Shown here in pieces: positions 7,283 to 14,465 of a stretch of DNA of 14,465 nucleotides. The translations under genes and the position numbers were made by a program. The notes under the pieces were generated by a model that had not been told where the DNA came from, did no database searches, and saw nothing but the letters and a program-made list of their open reading frames with translations. Numbering within the stretch: position 1 is the stretch's first letter; every line of letters begins with the position of its first letter. Source of the DNA: Candidatus Rifleibacteriota bacterium (lineage in GTDB: Bacteria; Muiribacteriota; Ozemobacteria; Ozemobacterales; Ozemobacteraceae); the NCBI GenBank assembly GCA_051747585.1, contig JBNJGH010000086.1, positions 1 through 14,465 on the forward strand, read 5' to 3'.

Positions 7283-8223
7283 GCAAAGTTGAAACAAACA
7301 AAGTAAAAACAGGTCATAAGCTTCAGATTCTACTTTTGGATTATCTTACCCGTAAAACCACCGACATGTCTCTGCCAAAACGACAAAGAACTGCCCGGCT
7401 AATCAGCGGAATTGTTTTCGATCTTTTGCAACTTCGTCGCGAATACGTAATCAATTCATTGCAGGCGCATCTCAAAATTAATCGCCGGGAAGCAATCAAA
7501 ACTGCGAGAAAAACCTATTACAATTTTCTACTGAATGCCTTTGAAATGGCCGGATTAAAATACTGGTCAAAAGCAGAAATTCTTGAAAAAATAAGCTGCG
7601 ATAGTCTCGCAAACCTTGAGAAAGCTCTTTCCCGCAAAAAAGGGGCTATAATTGTTTCGGGGCATTATGGTTTATGGGAACTTGTGCCTCCATGGCTATC
7701 TATCAAGGGATTTCCAGTAACTGTAGTTGTCAGACGCCAGAATAATCCTGAAGCCGATAAATGGATGAACGAAATGCGGACAAAACACGGCGCCCTTACT
7801 ACAGATTCAGGCTATTCGATTCGACAAATATTGAAATCATTGCGTAAAGGCCATATTCTAGCCTTGATGGTTGATCAAGACAATGGCAAGCAGGGAATTT
7901 TCGTTAAGTTTCTTTGCAGCTGGGCCTCAGCACCAACGGGACCTGCGCAAATTTCGCTGAAAACCGGCGCTCCTGTTGTACCGCTGGTAATAAAACCAGA
8001 TTATAAAAATAAACATAAATTAAAAATATTTGAGCCTGTTTTTCCTGAAAATTTCACAAATACCCTGCAAGGACAGCAATTAATGACGCAAAAATATACC
8101 AGCCTGCTCGAACAAATCATTAAAGCCAATCCCGAGCAATGGTTCTGGCTTCATCGAAGATGGAAAACAAATATAAAAGACGCACCGGAAAATAAATGGG
8201 TAAAATTAATCAATTCTTTTTGA
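7279..8223 (+). CDS. Lipid A late acyltransferase (LpxL/HtrB/LpxM family)
   Basis: KKGAIIVSGHYGLWE (H-x4-E catalytic motif), RRQNNP, LMVDQD, GIFVKF, PEQWFWLHRRWKT. ATGA overlap. Acyl-chain specificity cannot be read from sequence. Confidence 0.92.
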   Translation: MSKVETNKVKTGHKLQILLLDYLTRKTTDMSLPKRQRTARLISGIVFDLLQLRREYVINSLQAHLKINRREAIKTARKTYYNFLLNAFEMAGLKYWSKAEILEKISCDSLANLEKALSRKKGAIIVSGHYGLWELVPPWLSIKGFPVTVVVRRQNNPEADKWMNEMRTKHGALTTDSGYSIRQILKSLRKGHILALMVDQDNGKQGIFVKFLCSWASAPTGPAQISLKTGAPVVPLVIKPDYKNKHKLKIFEPVFPENFTNTLQGQQLMTQKYTSLLEQIIKANPEQWFWLHRRWKTNIKDAPENKWVKLINSF

Positions 8224-8262
8224 CTTTAAAGCAATAGACAAGTAGAAATATAATTATAGAAT
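8220..8262 (+). promoter_or_regulatory. Possible internal promoter ahead of waaA
   Basis: This is the only sizeable gap (54 nt) in the operon. It carries TTGACT (8220-8225), TAGACA (8235-8240), TATAAT (8249-8254) and TAGAAT (8257-8262). The best pairing is TAGACA-16-TAGAAT. Confidence 0.35.
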
Positions 8263-8277
8263 AAAAATTGGGGTGTT

Positions 8278-9537
8278 ATGGGCCGAATTCATCTTAAAAC
8301 TTATCAGTGGGTTATAAGGGCAGTTGTAGAATTGCTCGATCTTTTCCCGCCACGCCGGATAGAAAGAGAAGAATTTACCCTTAGAAAAGGTATGCTGCCC
8401 GATGGGTATCAAGCGCCCAAAGACGGAACAATCTGGGTTCACGGTGCATCACTCGGTGAATTTATTACCTTAAAACCATTTTTGGAAAAACTGGGCGAAA
8501 TCTATGGCAAGCATCATATAGTATGCACTTCGACCACCATGGATGGCCTGCGCCAGCTGCAAAAAGATGAACTATGCGGCCTGGCAACACTACTGCCAAT
8601 AGAGTTGCCGGCTTTTACCATTCCCTTTATCGAAAAAATCAAACCCCGCGCCATGCTCATCAGCGAAACTGAAATCTGGCCCCTTTTGCTAAGCACCCTG
8701 GCACGCAAAAAGGTTCCCTATGGAATTATCAACGGCAGAATCAATGAACAGAGCGTTCGCTTCATGCGCATTGCATGGCCACTGTTTTATGAAGCAATTA
8801 ACAACCTCTCTTTTGTCTGCGCTCAGGAAAAACTTTATCAAAGAAGGTTCAAAATTCTTGGAGTTCCGCAGGAAAAAATTTCAATCACCGGTTGCTTCAA
8901 ATATGATTTTATCGATACTCAGGTCGACAAAAAAGAGATAAGAAAAAGATTTTCCATACCCGAAAATCGTAATTTAATATGCTTTGGCAGCACCCACCCA
9001 GGTGAAGAGGAGTTAATTCTCGATGCTCTTGAGCCTCTCTGGTCTCAGATTGAAGCCACTGCAATTATTGCCCCCAGACATATAAAACGCACCAGTGAAT
9101 TGACCGATCTTCTCCACAGACGAAATCTTGACTACAGCCTTGCATCAAAGCCCGGCAAAGCTGCAAGACATATAATTCTGGTTGACACCCTTGGTGAGCT
9201 TAAAAATTTTTATGCCATTTCAAATCTTGCTTTTGTCGGTGGCAGCCTGGTAAAAAGAGGCGGACACAATCTACTCGAACCGGCAACCTTTGAAGTTCCA
9301 GTTATTACCGGCCCGGAAACTTTTAACTTTCGCTACGAAGTTCGTAACTTAAAAAAGGCTGATGCCTTAAATGTAGTGACTTCAAAGGAAGATTTGCAGA
9401 AAACTATTACTGACTGGTCTCAAAACCCCGATATCTATAAAGAAATGGGAAAAAGAGGCCGTAAAGTTCTCGAAGAGATGTCAGGTGCCGGTCAAAGAAC
9501 AATCGATCTCCTCAGGAAAATGGAAATTCTACCCTGA
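8278..9537 (+). CDS. waaA: 3-deoxy-D-manno-octulosonic-acid (Kdo) transferase, GT30
   Basis: IWVHGASLGE, ETEIWP, NGRI, GSTHPGEE, IIAPRH, VDTLGEL, AFVGGSLVKRGGHNLLEPA, VITGPETFNF. Confidence 0.95.
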   Translation: MGRIHLKTYQWVIRAVVELLDLFPPRRIEREEFTLRKGMLPDGYQAPKDGTIWVHGASLGEFITLKPFLEKLGEIYGKHHIVCTSTTMDGLRQLQKDELCGLATLLPIELPAFTIPFIEKIKPRAMLISETEIWPLLLSTLARKKVPYGIINGRINEQSVRFMRIAWPLFYEAINNLSFVCAQEKLYQRRFKILGVPQEKISITGCFKYDFIDTQVDKKEIRKRFSIPENRNLICFGSTHPGEEELILDALEPLWSQIEATAIIAPRHIKRTSELTDLLHRRNLDYSLASKPGKAARHIILVDTLGELKNFYAISNLAFVGGSLVKRGGHNLLEPATFEVPVITGPETFNFRYEVRNLKKADALNVVTSKEDLQKTITDWSQNPDIYKEMGKRGRKVLEEMSGAGQRTIDLLRKMEILP

Positions 9538-9541
9538 TATC

Positions 9542-10519
9542 ATGCCCGACACGCAAATTATTATACGACTCAACGCAATGGGAGACATTCTTCTGACAGT
9601 TCCGGTGCTAAATGAACTTAAACGCCGGGGACGAAATACCGTTTTTGTCATTCACCAACGATGGCAGGAATTGGCACCGTTTTTACCGGCAAAGATAAGG
9701 TTCTATAGAGATTCACAGAATTTATTACAGCTTATCAGACAGCTGAACCATCTTAAGCCTTCAATATTAAACGACTTGCAGGGCAAAGCCGCATCTATAA
9801 TCATAAAACATCTGGTTAAGGCAAAACACAAAACCAGTTTTTATAAACGTAGCTGTAAAGAACAATATGATGTAATTGCCGGAAAATATCCAATAAGGCT
9901 TGCAGACACTAGACCAGTCTGGAAAAGATATGCCGATGCATGTGATCTGGATGGCCTTGAAAATCCCGACCCGGATATTCTGATACCGGCACAATATGCT
10001 GATACCAGCTTAAAACTTATAAAAGACAACGGCTTAAGCCCCAACAATTATTATTTAATCCATGTCGATGCCTCCAAGCCCGGTAAAAAACTACCACAAA
10101 CTCTTGTCGATCAAATTTGCAAAATAACAGATAAGCCTCTTGTTGCAATAGGTACCGGCAAAAATCTCAGCCCGATGTCAACTGAAATTATAGATCTGCG
10201 CAACTGTTTTGCTTTAGGGCAGCTACCGGGCATTCTTTTTCATTCTGCCGGCATTATTTCTTCAGACTCAGGCCCAATGCACATGGCCCGATCTGTTAAT
10301 ATTCCGACGATTGGCATTTTCATTCAAACTGACCCGGGCCTGGGCTTCAGCCCTGTACCCGGCCCGAAAAATCTAATCATTTCAAAAAATTTACCCTGCA
10401 AACCCTGCAGCCTGCATGGTCAAAGAGCAGAATGCCCTGAAGGTCATTTTGCCTGCCGCAAACTTCCACTTGAAGAAACTGCCCATAAAGTCTTAACCTT
10501 TTTGCAGAGGTGGTCATGA
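9542..10519 (+). CDS. Glycosyltransferase family 9 (ADP-heptose:LPS heptosyltransferase-like)
   Basis: IIRLNAMGDILLT, DLQG, ISSDSGPMHMA and C-terminal CKPCSLHG...C...C. Start moved from GTG 9485 to ATG 9542, 4 nt after the waaA stop, which puts the GT9 motif at the N-terminus. Confidence 0.88.
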   Translation: MPDTQIIIRLNAMGDILLTVPVLNELKRRGRNTVFVIHQRWQELAPFLPAKIRFYRDSQNLLQLIRQLNHLKPSILNDLQGKAASIIIKHLVKAKHKTSFYKRSCKEQYDVIAGKYPIRLADTRPVWKRYADACDLDGLENPDPDILIPAQYADTSLKLIKDNGLSPNNYYLIHVDASKPGKKLPQTLVDQICKITDKPLVAIGTGKNLSPMSTEIIDLRNCFALGQLPGILFHSAGIISSDSGPMHMARSVNIPTIGIFIQTDPGLGFSPVPGPKNLIISKNLPCKPCSLHGQRAECPEGHFACRKLPLEETAHKVLTFLQRWS

Positions 10520-11523
10520 AAATTCTATTTACAGGCTTAAACTGGCTTGGCGATATAATTATGTCGCTACCTGCCATTACAGCCACAGCTCAAAAACATG
10601 AAGTACATATATTAAGCCGTCCCGGGCTGGCTGGGGTTTATAAGCTTGCTGCCAAATACATCCAAAAAGTTCATACCATCGACAGCAAAAATATTAATTT
10701 TTCAGCTTTAAAAGAAATCAAAGAACTGAAAAAGCAAAAGTTTGATCATATAATTGTCCTGCCCGATTCATTTAGAACAGCCTTATTAGCCTGGGCCTGC
10801 AAAGGGAAATGCAGAACCGGTTATAATACCCAGGGGCGCAGCTTTTTACTGAATCAAGCTATTGAAAAACCTGCAAACTTTGTTTCATGGCATGAATCTG
10901 ATCTACACTTCAATCTGGTAAAAAAAGCAAAGCTTGCAGAACATAAAACAGAGTTAGTTACCCCCGACTTTTCACCCAAAGATTTCATAAAGACATGCAA
11001 TAGACTTGCCATTGATTCCGGCAAACCTTACGCCATACTTGCTCCCGGAGCAGCATTCGGAGCTGCAAAAAGATGGCCGGCTGCAAATTTTGCCCAACTG
11101 GCACATCTTTTGTTAAAAAACAGAGATCTGCAGATCATTTTGACCGGAAGCAAAAAAGAAGCTTCAATTTGTAACAAAATTAAGGAACTTGCCCCTGAAA
11201 CCCTTGATATTTCAGGGGAAACAAGCCTTATAGAATTGTCGCTTCTTTTGAGTAGAGCTAAATTTCTGGTTGCCAATGATTCCGGTACCATGCACCTTGC
11301 AGCGTTGAATCAAACACCTACAGTAGTTCCCGTTGGTCCTACAGATATGACGCGAACCGGAGCATTGAACAAAAATATAGTTTATGTTTACAGTAAGAAA
11401 AAGTGCTCATTGGCCCCTTGCAGAAAACGGGAATGCCCTTTAAACAACCATATCTGCATGCGTAGTATCGCTGCAATTGACGTCTTACAAGCTTTAAAAG
11501 AACTGGCTGGTAGTAGCTTATGA
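10516..11523 (+). CDS. waaF: LPS heptosyltransferase II-like (GT9)
   Basis: MKILFTGLNWLGDIIMSLP, VLPDSFRTA, WaaF-typical LAPGAAFGAAKRWP, LVANDSGTMHLAA. ATG 10516 forms an ATGA overlap with the previous stop. Confidence 0.85.
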   Translation: MKILFTGLNWLGDIIMSLPAITATAQKHEVHILSRPGLAGVYKLAAKYIQKVHTIDSKNINFSALKEIKELKKQKFDHIIVLPDSFRTALLAWACKGKCRTGYNTQGRSFLLNQAIEKPANFVSWHESDLHFNLVKKAKLAEHKTELVTPDFSPKDFIKTCNRLAIDSGKPYAILAPGAAFGAAKRWPAANFAQLAHLLLKNRDLQIILTGSKKEASICNKIKELAPETLDISGETSLIELSLLLSRAKFLVANDSGTMHLAALNQTPTVVPVGPTDMTRTGALNKNIVYVYSKKKCSLAPCRKRECPLNNHICMRSIAAIDVLQALKELAGSSL

Positions 11524-12515
11524 AAATAATTGTTTCCAGAACAGATAGAGCCGGCGACCTGATTTTAACCACTCCTGTTTTTCGCGAGCTTAGAACGAAC
11601 TTTCCCGATGCAGAGTTGACTGCTCATGTCAGGCAGTACACCGCACCACTTTTAAATGGCTGCACAGAAATCGACAAGATTTTAATCGATGATGAATACA
11701 AAGACTTTATTCAGCTTGCAAAAGCGTTTAAAAATGAAAAGCCCGATATCATCATAATTGTTCACCCAGCAGCGCGGGTAATTAACGCAGCCTTCTTTGC
11801 CGATATTCCATTAAGAATTGGCAGAGCCTCTAACCTTTGGCAGTTCATGCTCAACGACAGAAAACATCAGAAAAGATCGAGAAATGAGCAACACGAGTTT
11901 CGTTACAACCTCGACCTTCTTAAAGGTCTCGTAAAGCGTATCGACTATGCAAAACCAGCTCTTAAGCCTTCTGCGAGAGACATAGAGATTGGCGGCAACT
12001 ATTTAACAAAAGCCGGTTTAAACGATAAAAAGCCGGTAATAATTCATCCGGGTCATGGCGGTTCAGCCCGTAATTTGCCAACATCGGCCTATGTCCGTCT
12101 TGCTTCAATTCTTGTAGAAGCTGGTTTTTCTGTAATTATCAGCCTCGGACCTGCAGAAGAGAACCTTAAAAACCTGTTCCTTAAGGGCTGCAAACATCCC
12201 CTCGCTTTTCTAACAGGTATACCCGATCTTGGAATACTGGCCGGAGCATACTCTCGATGTCGAGCCTTTATTGGCGGCTCAACCGGTCCGATGCACCTTG
12301 CTGCAGCCCTGAAACTACCCGTAGTAGCTTTTTTCCCACCGGTACCTGCAATGACACCAGTTAGATGGGGTCCGGTATGCGAAAAGAAACTTGTTCTGAT
12401 GCCTGAAGTTAAAAACTGCAAAGCTGACTGCGACAGCTGCTCTTTTAAAGGCTGTATGAGCACTATTGATATTCACGAAGCAGCAAACTGGTTAAAGAAA
12501 AGCTTAACATTATGA
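11520..12515 (+). CDS. Glycosyltransferase family 9 (heptosyltransferase-like)
   Basis: MKIIVSRTDRAGDLILTTP, HEFRYNLDLL, IIHPGHGGSA, FIGGSTGPMHLAAAL, RWGP. ATGA overlap. Confidence 0.9.
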   Translation: MKIIVSRTDRAGDLILTTPVFRELRTNFPDAELTAHVRQYTAPLLNGCTEIDKILIDDEYKDFIQLAKAFKNEKPDIIIIVHPAARVINAAFFADIPLRIGRASNLWQFMLNDRKHQKRSRNEQHEFRYNLDLLKGLVKRIDYAKPALKPSARDIEIGGNYLTKAGLNDKKPVIIHPGHGGSARNLPTSAYVRLASILVEAGFSVIISLGPAEENLKNLFLKGCKHPLAFLTGIPDLGILAGAYSRCRAFIGGSTGPMHLAAALKLPVVAFFPPVPAMTPVRWGPVCEKKLVLMPEVKNCKADCDSCSFKGCMSTIDIHEAANWLKKSLTL

Positions 12516-12943
12516 GTTTTCCACTAAAAATTAACGATAAAATTACTATTCCGGCCGGACAGATAAAAACTCGTGCTGTCAGGTCATCCGGACCCGGAGG
12601 TCAGAATGTAAACAAGGTAGCGACCTGCATTGAGCTAAGGTTTAACCCCCAAACCTGTGAGGAGTTGAAACCGGCGGTAACCAGAAGGCTTCTCGAAGCA
12701 GCCAGAAATAAACTCGATTCAGAAGGCAACATACTGATTACCTGCCAGCAATACCGGGAACAGTATAGAAATCTTATGGCCGCCTGCGAAAAGCTACGAC
12801 GAATGATTGTAAAAGCACTTAAACCGCCAAAGAAACGAAAACCGACAAGACCTTCAAAAGCGGCAAAAGAAAAACGAATTCAAAACAAAAAGAAAAATGC
12901 CGAAAAAAAAGCTAAGCGCAAAAAACCGATTAATTACGAATAA
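12512..12943 (+). CDS. arfB: Alternative ribosome-rescue peptidyl-tRNA hydrolase ArfB (YaeJ)
   Basis: RSSGPGGQNVNKV (GGQ motif), REQYRN and a basic C-terminal tail PKKRKPTRPSKAAKEKRIQNKK; 143 aa. Confidence 0.96.
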   Translation: MSFPLKINDKITIPAGQIKTRAVRSSGPGGQNVNKVATCIELRFNPQTCEELKPAVTRRLLEAARNKLDSEGNILITCQQYREQYRNLMAACEKLRRMIVKALKPPKKRKPTRPSKAAKEKRIQNKKKNAEKKAKRKKPINYE

Positions 12944-12985
12944 AAAAAGACTATCTTAAGAAACTCAAGATAGTCTTTTTTTATT
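12939..12985. terminator. Bidirectional intrinsic terminator between convergent arfB and the FecR-domain gene
   Basis: Perfect 19-bp inverted repeat AATAAAAAAAGACTATCTT (12939-12957) / AAGATAGTCTTTTTTTATT (12967-12985). It gives a T7 tract on each strand. Confidence 0.9.
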
Positions 12986-13001
12986 AAACTATTTCAGTAA
13001 T

Positions 13002-13742
13002 TTATTTCTTCTGCGCTTTCTTTCTTGCAGCTTCAAACTCTTCAAGTGCTTCAACTGTTCTCGAATCATCACTACCATATTCATATTTCAGGTTAAGATA
13101 ATTTAAAAACAGGCGGTTTACATCTATTTTGGTTGAGGCACTTCTCCAACTTGAATCTTTCCATTCCTGCTTTTTCTTTTCGATATCAAATTGATAGGGT
13201 CGTGCAAGCTCTGACCCCTGAGAACACTGGGTAGCGAAACCAGGTCTGAGTAACAACCCGCCACGACTATACCTTCCTTTAACTGCAACCGCTCCCTCAA
13301 TAACAGAAACCGAAGCTTTCTTTCTCGACGAAACTGCTACTTCAAATTCTGTTCCTCTAATTCCGGCGACAAGTGTAGGAGTTACGATGCGAAATTCCCT
13401 GTTACGTTTGGTAAATTTGTACCAGCTGCGCCCTTTAAAAACCCTAATACTTAAAGGCTGTACCTCGATAAGAGTTCTTGGTTTAATTCGCATTTGGGTG
13501 CCATCAGAATATCTTAAAACTGCTTTTGATTCACGCAAAGTTTCAAGTAAATCACCGGCATAAAGTGATGTAGTTTTACTCATTACATCAGTTTTGGTTT
13601 TACCGACACGGGTTAATTTAACCTGGCCGCTTATTATTTCAAGCGTGGCGTCTAACTTTATGAGCCTTTTTTGTCCGGCCCATAAGCCCTGAGTAAAAAA
13701 AAGGAAACAAACAGCTAGGAAGCACAGAGCAGTGCGTTTCAT
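13002..13742 (-). CDS. Secreted FecR-domain protein
   Basis: Signal peptide MKRTALCFLAVCFLFFTQGLWA. FecR-type beta repeats LYAGDLLET, AVLRYSDGTQMRI, FRIVTPTLVAGIRGTEFEV and VSVIEGAVAV. AGGAGG SD at 13752-13757. Confidence 0.88.
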   Translation of the reverse strand: MKRTALCFLAVCFLFFTQGLWAGQKRLIKLDATLEIISGQVKLTRVGKTKTDVMSKTTSLYAGDLLETLRESKAVLRYSDGTQMRIKPRTLIEVQPLSIRVFKGRSWYKFTKRNREFRIVTPTLVAGIRGTEFEVAVSSRKKASVSVIEGAVAVKGRYSRGGLLLRPGFATQCSQGSELARPYQFDIEKKKQEWKDSSWRSASTKIDVNRLFLNYLNLKYEYGSDDSRTVEALEEFEAARKKAQKK

Positions 13743-13789
13743 TATATATAGCCTCCTGTTTTAACAGCTAATTTCAGATGTGTTCTTAA

Positions 13790-13818
13790 ATTATAAGAAT
13801 CAGATAAAGAAGTGTCAA
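13790..13818 (-). promoter_or_regulatory. Perfect-consensus sigma70 promoter for the FecR-domain gene
   Basis: Minus strand TTGACA (13818-13813), 17-nt spacer, TATAAT (13795-13790). The -35 hexamer contains the gmk TGA stop. Confidence 0.85.
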
Positions 13819-14414
13819 GACGCTGAAAAAGCGGACTCTTGCCAGTCGATATAATCGTTAAAAATATCTTCAAGGTTGCTTATAGCATCTTCAAGATTAT
13901 CGTTTACTATTCTGTACCGGTATTGTTCTTTATATTTCAGCTCTTTACGGGCATTTTCAAGACGATGTTTCAAGTCTTCTTCACTATCCATATTTCGCTT
14001 TCTTATGCGTGATTCGAGCTCTTCTATTGAAGGGGGCAAAATAAAAATCGTAACGGCATCTGGATATTTTTTTCGAATATCAAAAGCTCCTTGAACATCG
14101 ATATTCAAAATAACATTTTTTCCGGCTTCGAGCTTTTGCTCGAGAAACTTTTTCGGGGTACCATAATAGTTGCCGTGAACATAGGCCCACTCAGCGAATT
14201 CATCACGTTCGATCGCTTTTTCAAACTCCGGCTTCGTGTAGAAAAAATATTCCTGCCCATCGGTTTCTCCGCCCCTTGGCTTACGCGAAGTAGCCGAAAT
14301 AGAATAAACGACTCTGGGCGAAAACTTTTTTACAATCTCGTTACACAGGACTGTTTTTCCTACCCCGGAAGGGCCGGAAACAATAAATAAAAATCCCTTT
14401 TCAGGTTTAATCAT
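13815..14414 (-). CDS. gmk: Guanylate kinase
   Basis: P-loop VSGPSGVGKT, YSISATSRKPRGGETDGQEYFF, EWAYVHGNYYGT, IDVQGA, IFILPPSIEELESRI, IVNDNL. Confidence 0.97.
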   Translation of the reverse strand: MIKPEKGFLFIVSGPSGVGKTVLCNEIVKKFSPRVVYSISATSRKPRGGETDGQEYFFYTKPEFEKAIERDEFAEWAYVHGNYYGTPKKFLEQKLEAGKNVILNIDVQGAFDIRKKYPDAVTIFILPPSIEELESRIRKRNMDSEEDLKHRLENARKELKYKEQYRYRIVNDNLEDAISNLEDIFNDYIDWQESAFSAS

Positions 14415-14465
14415 AATATCAATTAGTTTAGAAGATTTATTTTTTCTTGATTAACAGAGATTTAC

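Noticed and set aside
9485..9541. GTG start extending the first GT9 gene into waaA (likewise GTG 10510 for waaF)
   Set aside because: ATG 9542 and ATG 10516 fit the family N-termini and the operon's coupling pattern better.
14415..14465. Possible 3' end of an upstream minus-strand gene (...KSLLIKKK*)
   Set aside because: Too short to identify or to distinguish from intergenic DNA.
1..14465. CRISPR arrays, IS/transposase/integrase genes, tRNA/rRNA, toxin-antitoxin or defence modules
   Set aside because: I saw no spaced direct repeats, terminal inverted repeats or diagnostic motifs. Almost all of the sequence is explained by the listed CDSs.

Overview
This is an AT-rich bacterial chromosomal window from a diderm (LPS-producing) organism, made mostly of cell-envelope and housekeeping genes. 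The left end (minus strand) has an apparently double-frameshifted ORF running off the window, a 439-aa membrane-anchored hypothetical protein with a pseudopilin/GspG-like C-terminal motif, and an orphan RsbW-type anti-sigma kinase. The centre (plus strand) has a YafK/DpaA-like L,D-transpeptidase-family gene. It is followed by a tightly coupled ~9.6 kb operon-like run: secreted hypothetical, asd, an unusual secreted protein that appears to join a PilP/GspC-like domain to two secretin-N0/STN-like domains, a DUF362 Fe-S protein, an LpxL-type acyltransferase, waaA, three GT9 heptosyltransferase-family genes and arfB. The run ends at a bidirectional terminator. The right end (minus strand) has gmk and a secreted FecR-domain protein behind a perfect sigma70 consensus promoter. 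I saw no mobile element, CRISPR array, tRNA/rRNA or defence system. All domain calls come from motif recognition by eye, not from database searches.
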